This document shows positions 19,110 to 27,283 of a stretch of DNA of 64,000 bases, piece after piece. The DNA is from Thermodesulfobacteriota bacterium (GTDB taxonomy: Bacteria; Desulfobacterota_D; UBA1144; Nemesobacterales; UBA2774). The notes beneath the pieces are model-generated. The model was given only the letters and a program-made list of their open reading frames with translations. It did no database searches and had not been told where the DNA came from. The stretch spans positions 3,054,198 to 3,118,197 of the forward strand of contig OZ244197.1 in NCBI GenBank assembly GCA_965216785.1, given 5' to 3'. The position numbers and the translations under genes are program-made. Every line of letters starts with the position of its first letter. Within the stretch, counting starts at the first letter, position 1.

Positions 19110-20672
19110 ATGTCGGAGATAAGAAAGCGCGACCTTGCGCTAAGCGCACTCACCGGAGTACTGTTCCCTCTCTCATTCATGGTCCCTTACGCGGGAATAC
19201 TGACTTTTGTTCTGCTCGTACCTCTATTTTGGGCTATTGAGAATAAATCTGCGGGCGATTCTTTCAAACTGGGTCTTTTTGCCGGGCTGATCGCAAACTT
19301 TATCGGTACTTACTGGCTTGTAGGTACGCTGAGTCGGTTCGGAGGCTTTCATACTATTATAAGCTTCATATTTATTGCGATCTTAAGCACGTACGCAGGG
19401 CTTTCCTACGGGATATTTTCCTATATAAGCTCAAGGCTCGGATTCTTTAAAAAACCAGGACTCTTATCGATTATTCTAATAGCGGCCGTCTGGACATCGG
19501 TTGAGTACTTTTTTCCTTTCCTCTTCCCTTACGGCATTTCAAACGCGCTATCAGACTACACGGGCTTAATTCAGATTTTTGACCTCTTCGGCATATATGG
19601 ACTTAGCTTTATCATCGTTATCGTAAATTTGTCCGTCATGAGAGCGATTAAGAGCTTTACCGGACATACGAGAACACCAACAGCGGAGATAGCGCTATCG
19701 ATAGCCCTTATCGCAGCCATGCTTTTGTACGGACAATTTCGCATAGGCCAAGTTGACCGCGAGATAGCCCAGGCCCAGAAGATCAAGGTCGGCATGGTAC
19801 AGGCAAACTTCGATTTTCTTCAGAAAACTGAGAGTCTAGAGGAAATAGTTACCGCAAAGCATAAAGAAATGTCAGAAGATCTAAAATCTGTCGATCTTAT
19901 CATATGGCCCGAGACTTCGATCCAAGCCTGGTTCTCAACCGACTCTGATTACCTTTTTGTAAGAGACGAGACTGGCGTCCCGAAAATAGAAGGGAAATAC
20001 TTTATAGTTGGCGGTATGTCCTTTACACCTAAAGACCCTGATGCGGAAATACTGACGGACGAGAATCTGATAAAATACAATACCGCGTTCCTAACCGACT
20101 CAAACAGCCTTATCCTCGGGCGCTATCACAAGATAAAGCTTCTTCTTTTCGGTGAGTACCTGCCGTTCTCAACTTACATCCCCTCTCTTAAGAATTTCAG
20201 CCCCGCCTCCGGAGACTTCACACCCGGAAGCGAGCTTGAGCTCTTTGAGATAAAGGAAAAGAATATCAAGATCGCGCCAATTATCTGCTACGAGGACATT
20301 ATCCCCTCGTTTAGCAAGCAGTTCGTGGACAAAGGCGCAAACCTAATAGTCAACATCACAAACGACGCGTGGTTTGGTAAAACTACTGCGCCTTATCAGC
20401 ATTTGATAGTGTCCGTCCCAAGAGCGGTCGAGACTAGGAAATACCTGCTACGGTCCACCAACACCGGCATAAGCGCTATCATAGACCCTGTGGGGAGGGT
20501 TGTATCCAAGACAGACACATTCGTTCAGACAAATCTGGTGGGCGATGTGGGTATTATGGATGGAGAAAAGACTCTATATACAAAAATAGGAGACGCTTTT
20601 CCTATAGCCTGTTTGGTATTCTGGTTGGGGTTTGCAGTAATTGAAAGGCTAAGGGGAAAGCAAATCCCTTAG
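19110..20672 (+). CDS. lnt: Apolipoprotein N-acyltransferase
   Basis: TM N-domain plus nitrilase triad: WPET, YHKIKLLLFGEYLP, ICYED; NDAWFG; RAVE..RSTNTGIS. Confidence 0.95.
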   Translation: MSEIRKRDLALSALTGVLFPLSFMVPYAGILTFVLLVPLFWAIENKSAGDSFKLGLFAGLIANFIGTYWLVGTLSRFGGFHTIISFIFIAILSTYAGLSYGIFSYISSRLGFFKKPGLLSIILIAAVWTSVEYFFPFLFPYGISNALSDYTGLIQIFDLFGIYGLSFIIVIVNLSVMRAIKSFTGHTRTPTAEIALSIALIAAMLLYGQFRIGQVDREIAQAQKIKVGMVQANFDFLQKTESLEEIVTAKHKEMSEDLKSVDLIIWPETSIQAWFSTDSDYLFVRDETGVPKIEGKYFIVGGMSFTPKDPDAEILTDENLIKYNTAFLTDSNSLILGRYHKIKLLLFGEYLPFSTYIPSLKNFSPASGDFTPGSELELFEIKEKNIKIAPIICYEDIIPSFSKQFVDKGANLIVNITNDAWFGKTTAPYQHLIVSVPRAVETRKYLLRSTNTGISAIIDPVGRVVSKTDTFVQTNLVGDVGIMDGEKTLYTKIGDAFPIACLVFWLGFAVIERLRGKQIP

Positions 20673-21740
20673 AGCTTTAAGAAACGCGTCATTCTCTTTA
20701 GGTGTACCGATTGTAACTCGCATACAGTTCTCTAGCCTTCCCGGCTTATTGAAATTCCTTATTAGAATATCCCTTTCTGTGAGCTCAGAGAAAATCCGGT
20801 CTGCTTCCGCGACTCGGAATAGAATAAAGTTAGCATCTGTCGGGAACGGCTCGATACCCTCTATAGATTGTAGCTCGCCCATGACCCTGCCCCTTTCCCT
20901 GATTATAAGCTGTATGTTCTCGGACACAAACTCATGGTTATCAAGCACAAGCTCCGCAGCCGCCTGGCTCAATGAATTGATATTATATGGGTAGCGCACC
21001 TTATTAAGCTCCCTAACAAGCTGCGGCTTTGCGTACAGCATCCCGAGCCGAAGTCCCGCAAACCCCACTTTAGACAGCGTTCTCATGATTACGAGGTTTT
21101 CATTGTTCTCGAGAAGGGGCATAAACGTATGTCCGCTGAAATCCGAATACGCCTCGTCCACCACGACAATCCCTTCAGCCTTTTCTATTATGCTTTTAAT
21201 CCTGTCCTCCGAATATGCGTTCCCCGTCGGGTTGTTGGGAGATGCCAGGAAGATTAAATCCGGGTCCGATTTATCAATACTTTCAAGAGTACTTTGAAGA
21301 TCGATATCAAAATTCAGATCCAAAGGCACTTCCAGGGTCTCAGCCCCCATTGCGGTTGCTGTAAGGCCGTACATAGAGAATGTGGGCGTAGGGTAAAGAA
21401 CCCTCCCTGTCGAGCCCGTACAGGCCAGTATTAGCATCCCTATAAGCTCGTCGGAACCGTTTCCCAACACAACTCCTTCTGTCGGAGCGCCGCTTGCCCG
21501 GGCAATCTTCTCCCTAAGCTTTGTTGCCTCGGGGTCCGGATAGCGATGAATATCTACACCTATTAAAGACTCCCCTAACTTCTCCCCTATATCCGGCGGA
21601 AGCTGAAACGGGCTTTCATTGCCGTCAAGCTTAATGCTGCAGTCGATATGCGGGACACTGTAGGCTTCCAGCTCTTTTATGTTCCGCTTAACCCTCTTTT
21701 CCACAATGCCCGCAGCCCCTGCGTTTTTATCCTTATCCAT
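20649..21740 (-). CDS. hisC: Histidinol-phosphate aminotransferase
   Basis: KLDGNESP, GNGSDE, SPNNPTG, VDEAY, RTLSKxxxAGLRLG; follows hisD. Confidence 0.93.
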   Translation of the reverse strand: MDKDKNAGAAGIVEKRVKRNIKELEAYSVPHIDCSIKLDGNESPFQLPPDIGEKLGESLIGVDIHRYPDPEATKLREKIARASGAPTEGVVLGNGSDELIGMLILACTGSTGRVLYPTPTFSMYGLTATAMGAETLEVPLDLNFDIDLQSTLESIDKSDPDLIFLASPNNPTGNAYSEDRIKSIIEKAEGIVVVDEAYSDFSGHTFMPLLENNENLVIMRTLSKVGFAGLRLGMLYAKPQLVRELNKVRYPYNINSLSQAAAELVLDNHEFVSENIQLIIRERGRVMGELQSIEGIEPFPTDANFILFRVAEADRIFSELTERDILIRNFNKPGRLENCMRVTIGTPKENDAFLKALRDLLSP

Positions 21741-21811
21741 AGACGTTAATTATAATATCCTGATTTGATTATGTCCTATAATCCTGGGAAATGAAATGAC
21801 GTAGTCCTGCT

Positions 21812-23101
21812 TTAAGAGTCCGTGCGAACTTTCACCGACAGAGCGTGCGCTTCGAGCTCTTCACTATAGGCAAGGTTCATAACCGCGCTGTTTAGTTCCT
21901 GGAACCCTCGTTTTGATATAGATATTACGCTCGGCATTCTGAGAAAATCATAAACACTTAGCGGAGAAGAAAACCTTGCGGCGCCCCCAGTGGGAAGCAC
22001 GTGGCTCGGCCCCGCTACATAGTCCCCAAATGCCTCGGTTGACATAGAGCCTAAAAAGACTGCGCCCGCGTGTTTTATCTTTTTAAGGAGAGTCTTGGGC
22101 TTCTTTACGCATAGCTCAAGGTGCTCTGGTGCAAGCGTGTTCGCAATCTGCGCAGCCATATCGATCGATTTTACAACGAATATCCTTCCCTTTTTCTTCA
22201 CCGATTCCCCGGCTATATCCTTTCTTTTCAGCTCTTTTAGCTGCGCAGATACCTCTTTTTTAACTTCCTTTGCGTGTTTCTGAGAATCCGTAACGAGTAT
22301 AGGCACCGCCATCTCATCATGCTCGGCCTGTGCCAAAAGGTCAGCTGCCACCCAAGAAGCTGGTGCACTTCCATCGGAGATTATCAATACCTCGCTCGGC
22401 CCCGCAATCATATCTATATCCACTTCACCAAATACGAGCTTCTTAGCGATCGTTACGTAAATGTTCCCCGGCCCTACTATCTTATCCACCTTCGGCACCG
22501 ACTCAGTCCCGTACGCGAGCGCCGCCACAGCCTGCGCCCCGCCTACCTTATATATAGAGTCCACTCCGGCAATCTTTGCCGCGACCAATACGGCCGGGTT
22601 TATATTTCCTCCCGGCGTAGGGGTTACGAGAGACAGCTCCTCCACGCCCGCCACTTTTGCCGGAATCGCGGTCATCAGTACAGTAGAGGGGTAAGCGGCT
22701 TTTCCTCCCGGCACGTAAAGACCCGCTTTTTCGATGGGCCTGATAAGCCATCCGAGCTCGTTCCCGAGATTATCCCTGTACAAATGGCTATCGGGCATTT
22801 TGTGTTTGTGGAATTCCCTTATTCTTCTGGCAGCCGAGTTCAGATCGGATATTAATTTCTTAGAAACTTGTTCGTGCGCTTTCTCTATCTCTTTTGCTGT
22901 AACCTTTATACTTCTCTTTGTAAGCTCTACCCTGTCGAACTTTTTTGAGAATTTAAATAAAGCCCTGTCGCCCCTGCGCCTTACGTCATCAACTATTGTT
23001 CTAACAACCGACTCAAGCTTCGGGTCGCTCACAGACACGCTCGTCCTAAGAGCCTTAATGTGCTTTTCTGAATCGTTTTTTCTAAGCTCTATTATCTTCA
23101 T
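21812..23101 (-). CDS. hisD: Histidinol dehydrogenase
   Basis: YVPGGKAAYPS, GGAQAVAA, IDMIAGPSE, QAEHD, APEHLEL, GDYxAGPSHVLPT. Confidence 0.97.
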   Translation of the reverse strand: MKIIELRKNDSEKHIKALRTSVSVSDPKLESVVRTIVDDVRRRGDRALFKFSKKFDRVELTKRSIKVTAKEIEKAHEQVSKKLISDLNSAARRIREFHKHKMPDSHLYRDNLGNELGWLIRPIEKAGLYVPGGKAAYPSTVLMTAIPAKVAGVEELSLVTPTPGGNINPAVLVAAKIAGVDSIYKVGGAQAVAALAYGTESVPKVDKIVGPGNIYVTIAKKLVFGEVDIDMIAGPSEVLIISDGSAPASWVAADLLAQAEHDEMAVPILVTDSQKHAKEVKKEVSAQLKELKRKDIAGESVKKKGRIFVVKSIDMAAQIANTLAPEHLELCVKKPKTLLKKIKHAGAVFLGSMSTEAFGDYVAGPSHVLPTGGAARFSSPLSVYDFLRMPSVISISKRGFQELNSAVMNLAYSEELEAHALSVKVRTDS

Positions 23102-23276
23102 AGCGAGAGAGGATTATACATAGGAAAGCCATTTAGCGAAAGTCCGCGGGTGTCATATCTTAACCCATTCCTGTATAGAATTACGCGGACTGAGATTTTA
23201 GTAATATCCGGTACACTAAAAGTAACTTACATAAATTCAGACTTTGGCACATTAATGCCATATTTAAAGACACCCA

Positions 23277-23741
23277 TTGAAAGTATATAAATTACATACG
23301 AAGCAAGAGCTCAAAATAACTAAAAAAGAGGCCTGGGAGTTTTTCTCTAACCCTGGGAACCTTCCTCTTATTACACCCCCTTGGCTTGATTTCAGTATTA
23401 CTTCAGAAATAGATTCCAAGATGTACCCGGGCATGATAGTTACATACACGGTAAGCCCGTTTCTAAATTTCCGCATGAGTTGGGTAACTGAAATAACACA
23501 CGTAAAGGAGCCAGATTACTTCGTTGACGAGCAGCGATTCGGTCCCTATAAATTCTGGCATCACCAGCATAAATTTAGGGATATTCCAGGAGGAGTAGTG
23601 GTGGAAGACCTGGTGCATTATGCCCTGCCCCTGGATCCATTATCAAGAATAGCAAACGAGCTAATTGTGAAGAATCAGCTAAAGGAGATATTCGATTTCA
23701 GACGCGAGTATCTTGAAAATAAATTCGGCCCATCGTATTAA
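23277..23741 (+). CDS. SRPBCC (Bet v1-like) family protein
   Basis: WEFFSNPxNLxxITPP, WVTEITHV, FVDEQRFGPYKFWHHQH, IFxFR. Confidence 0.85.
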   Translation: MKVYKLHTKQELKITKKEAWEFFSNPGNLPLITPPWLDFSITSEIDSKMYPGMIVTYTVSPFLNFRMSWVTEITHVKEPDYFVDEQRFGPYKFWHHQHKFRDIPGGVVVEDLVHYALPLDPLSRIANELIVKNQLKEIFDFRREYLENKFGPSY

Positions 23742-23889
23742 CACTTATATTGTTACTGGACTGCAAGAGGGATCATAATACCTCGTCATTTCGAATATAG
23801 AACAGCGATCTCCTTCAAGTTAGTTACATAATTCGAGACAAATACTGGGGACGGAGGTGAGCGCTTCACAGCGATGCCGGGGAATTAGT

Positions 23890-23917
23890 TTGACACACTT
23901 TTGATGCAAAATATACT
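23890..23917 (+). promoter_or_regulatory. sigma70-type promoter
   Basis: TTGACA (23890-23895)-N16-TATACT (23912-23917), 8 nt before ATG 23926. Confidence 0.6.
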
Positions 23918-23925
23918 TTAACCCT

Positions 23926-25212
23926 ATGAGCGATTCCGTTATAGATATGAAACAGTATAAATATGATGAGGCCGAGAAAGAGCTCCGGGTGAAGCTTGCC
24001 GATTATTCCGAAAAACCTGAATTTCAAGCACAGATCGCTGAAGCGTTCTATGTTTGGAAAAACGACCCCGACATGAGCAGCGAAGATATAACGGAAGACC
24101 AGGTAGACGACCTGACGTTTGAGAAGTTCTTTGACTGGTTTCTCTACGACTTTAAGCTCTTTGACACAAGTGAGAGACTGATAGAAAAATACTACAGAGA
24201 ACAAGGCGGCAACCTGGACAAGTTAGAGAAAGCGATGATTAAAGACTGGTGCCAGAGTATATACAGTTATTTTGAAGTGGAGCATGTAAAACCCGGAGAA
24301 GAATGCACAATAAGAGATATTATTACGAAAAAGCAGTATCACGTGCAAGACAAGGCGTCTTCAAAGCAGATCAAAACTTCGGATATAATAGGCGCAAGGC
24401 CCATTAAGTGCGGAGATAACACCTATTTCTCTGCCGTAATATCCGTATACCCTGCCGCATTCAACTCACTCATTCTGGATTTCTTCAAATCGGAGTTTAA
24501 GGAATACAAAAAATCACACGGCAAAGAAAAAACCAAAAACGACTATCTAAAAGACTGGGGTTATCAAATTGGCCACTACTTAGAGGATTTAGCGAAACAC
24601 CCTAAATATGTTACCCCCGAAGGAGACGAGTTCGTACTTGCACAGGCATCTTACCACCTGAAGAACGCTGATAAAGCACTCACTAAGCTTGGAAAAATTA
24701 AATCTCTGGATGAGATAAGCGGGAGTACCGATGACCTCAGAATTTTCAGTTGGGATAAGAGGGGCAAGAATACTATTACCGGTACGATAGAGCTAGAGAA
24801 TGACAATCTCCGCATCGAGTGCTATTCGATAGAGATGCTTTCAAAAGCTAAAGCAAAAATTGAAAAAGAGCTCAGTGGATTAATTGGGCACATAAAGGAT
24901 AGCAAAAAAGAGCTCGGAAGCTTTATCCAGAGTGGTAAGGAAGCATATCCCGCGCCCAAAAAATATCCTTTGGGAATCAAAAATCGAAAGGAGCTCGATT
25001 CAACCCTAGAGCAACATTATCAGAACTGGATAGACCAACCGCTAGGTCTGTTAGACGGCCAGACACCTAACGAAGCATTGCAAACAAAAGAAGGAAAAGA
25101 CAAGTTAAGCTTAGTGTTGAGTGAGCTTGAGACTCTCTTTGAGCAAGCTAAAAAACGCGGTGAACCATATTACGATGTAAACAAATTGAGGAAACAGCTT
25201 AATATAAAATAA
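23926..25212 (+). CDS. Hypothetical protein with C-terminal Xre/MbcA/ParS(DUF2384)-like segment
   Basis: 428-aa ORF; FFDWFLYD motif; C-terminal WIDQPLGLLDGQTPNEA. Confidence 0.6.
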   Translation: MSDSVIDMKQYKYDEAEKELRVKLADYSEKPEFQAQIAEAFYVWKNDPDMSSEDITEDQVDDLTFEKFFDWFLYDFKLFDTSERLIEKYYREQGGNLDKLEKAMIKDWCQSIYSYFEVEHVKPGEECTIRDIITKKQYHVQDKASSKQIKTSDIIGARPIKCGDNTYFSAVISVYPAAFNSLILDFFKSEFKEYKKSHGKEKTKNDYLKDWGYQIGHYLEDLAKHPKYVTPEGDEFVLAQASYHLKNADKALTKLGKIKSLDEISGSTDDLRIFSWDKRGKNTITGTIELENDNLRIECYSIEMLSKAKAKIEKELSGLIGHIKDSKKELGSFIQSGKEAYPAPKKYPLGIKNRKELDSTLEQHYQNWIDQPLGLLDGQTPNEALQTKEGKDKLSLVLSELETLFEQAKKRGEPYYDVNKLRKQLNIK

Positions 25213-25316
25213 AGACGGCATACAAACCTTTGCCTTAACCAAATGCAATACTTTAGTATTAAGAAAACACCAACCGACTATACTTTTGACTAGTAAAAAA
25301 TTAAGCCCTTTAATTT

Positions 25317-25346
25317 TTGACCCGCATCCAAGAACTGCTGTATACT
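25317..25346 (+). promoter_or_regulatory. Putative sigma70 promoter of the export operon
   Basis: TTGACC-N18-TATACT. Confidence 0.45.
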
Positions 25347-25389
25347 TTAAACGAGTATGAATGAACAGATGATGGACAGGAGGAGTGAT

Positions 25390-26163
25390 ATGTTTAAAAT
25401 AAGCTTTAGGTTAATATTGTCGTTTTTCGTAATTAGTACTATGTACTTATCCGTAGTGTCTTCTTATGCGCAACAACAAGATGCATTGGGCGAAATCCAT
25501 GCGAAAGGACAGGAAGTTGTCATACAGTTAAGCGACGGAAGTGAGATAACTCTTGAAAACGGCGAAGAATATCCACTTTATCCTGGCACTATAATAATTA
25601 CCAAGGAAGATAGCCAGGCCGTGCTTAAAGTTGAGGGCGGGACTTATGTAATAGAACAAAACTCAACATTCATTGCAAATTTGCTTAGCTTAAAGAGCAC
25701 GAGTCTTAGCATTGTGGGAACAAACCCTGGAGAAGTATGCTATTGTTTTCAACCAAACGCTCCATTCTTGGTAGACACTCTCATTACCAAAACCACTCCA
25801 CATCAAGGTCAAGTACAACAAGCCAATTACAAACTGTTCGTTCAGGGAAGAACAGATTTAACAGAAGGCAATGCGGCGGCCTATCAGCTTGAAAACAAAG
25901 TAGACTTTACCACTCCAACATCAACATTTGTTATTGAAGAGGGTGAAGAGAAATACTATCCGAAAACCGAAAGAGAAGATGACGAAGAGGATGTCTTCGA
26001 ATCGCGCGACGGATGCTGCGTTCCGGGTGCGGCGGTTATACTAACGACCAGCCCCACCGAATATATCTTGCCGATCATTTTGGGAACAGCGGTAATTACC
26101 GGGACTATTATAGGTGTAACCGATGGCGATGGTGACGGCACATCCAGTAACGTAACACCTTAA
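25390..26163 (+). CDS. Hypothetical exported beta-rich protein with C-terminal hydrophobic segment
   Basis: AGGAG SD before ATG 25390; signal peptide ending SSYA; C-terminal ILPIILGTAVITGTIIGV followed by an acidic/Ser-Pro tail. Confidence 0.7.
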   Translation: MFKISFRLILSFFVISTMYLSVVSSYAQQQDALGEIHAKGQEVVIQLSDGSEITLENGEEYPLYPGTIIITKEDSQAVLKVEGGTYVIEQNSTFIANLLSLKSTSLSIVGTNPGEVCYCFQPNAPFLVDTLITKTTPHQGQVQQANYKLFVQGRTDLTEGNAAAYQLENKVDFTTPTSTFVIEEGEEKYYPKTEREDDEEDVFESRDGCCVPGAAVILTTSPTEYILPIILGTAVITGTIIGVTDGDGDGTSSNVTP

Positions 26164-26265
26164 CAGCGGGTTAATTTCTGAGAACTAGGCAAAAGGATTA
26201 ATCCAAACTTAACGGGTCAACGTAATAGTATTTAGAACAAAGTGAGTTGCAAAAGGATAGCCGTA

Positions 26266-27258
26266 ATGAAATGGCATAAAAGTACAATAATCTTAATACT
26301 TTCAATCTTAATACTCACGGCCTGTGGGTCAAAGTCCAATTCGGGAGTGCAGACTCTACCAAAACCTCAGGCGAGTAAACAGATAAGTAAGGAATCACAA
26401 AAACTAAACAGACAGATTATAGAAGAGACATTCTCTGACCATTCTACAGTAGATTATCAGATAGGCCCGGGCGACTTGCTGGACGTTAAAGTAATGCAGG
26501 CACCGGAACTGGATTCTCAAGCCAGGGTAAATTCTCAAAACTCGGTTTCACTCCCACTTTTGGGAAACGTTGAAGTGGCGGGTCTTACCGCTGTGGGTGC
26601 GCAGCAGAAAATATCTGATTTATTGTCCCAGAAGTATATGCATGATCCTCATGTTGTTGTATCGATAGCGGAATACAAAAGTAAAAGAGTAGCGGTAATC
26701 GGAAGTGTGTTAAAACCTGGAACATATGAGCTGCTTGGAAAAGGCTCATTATTAGACGCTCTCGCTCAGGCGGGCGGGCTTGCCCCGGACGCGAGCGAAA
26801 TCGCATATGTAACCAGAAAGGACGAAGCGGGAAACGAAAAGTCCGTTGAGATAGACCTCGATCTTCTTTTGGATAAAGGTGAGAGCAACTTAAATATCCC
26901 CATTCAAATGGGAGACGTGGTCTATATACCTGAAGCGGGTGTAGTATATGTTGACGGCGCGGTCGAAAACCCCGGGTCTTTCCCTCTTCAAGAAGATATG
27001 ACAGTCAGTCAGGCTGTAACGGCAGCCGGGGGATTTAACGATGTAGCGGAGGACTCAAACATTAAGCTGGTTCGAAACGTAAACGGCCAAATACAGGTTA
27101 CCCCGATAGACCTCGAGCTAGTACACGAAGGAACAGAGGCGGATATTGAACTGCAGGACCAAGACGTAGTTATAGTTGGTAAAAGCGGCATCAAAAGCTT
27201 CTTGGACGCTATAAAGTTCGGGCTATTCTTCCCGCCCTTTAGCGTAGGAGTACAGTAG
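26266..27258 (+). CDS. wza: Polysaccharide export outer-membrane lipoprotein (Wza/OPX family)
   Basis: Lipobox LTAC; YQIGPGDLL Poly_export domain; two SLBB repeats (VIGSVxKPG, VDGAVENPG). Confidence 0.88.
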   Translation: MKWHKSTIILILSILILTACGSKSNSGVQTLPKPQASKQISKESQKLNRQIIEETFSDHSTVDYQIGPGDLLDVKVMQAPELDSQARVNSQNSVSLPLLGNVEVAGLTAVGAQQKISDLLSQKYMHDPHVVVSIAEYKSKRVAVIGSVLKPGTYELLGKGSLLDALAQAGGLAPDASEIAYVTRKDEAGNEKSVEIDLDLLLDKGESNLNIPIQMGDVVYIPEAGVVYVDGAVENPGSFPLQEDMTVSQAVTAAGGFNDVAEDSNIKLVRNVNGQIQVTPIDLELVHEGTEADIELQDQDVVIVGKSGIKSFLDAIKFGLFFPPFSVGVQ

Positions 27259-27283
27259 GCATTAATATTTCAGGCTATTAACT

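Noticed and set aside
22274-22855. 193-aa plus-strand ORF and the many other 60-180-aa antisense or alternate-frame ORFs in the track
   Set aside because: They lie inside well-supported genes (here hisD) and show no motifs or SD; treated as shadow ORFs
23245-23260. TGGCAC...TGC as a sigma54 promoter
   Set aside because: GG-to-GC spacing is 9, not 10, on both strands; it remains only a TGGCA-N6-TGCCA palindrome of unknown meaning
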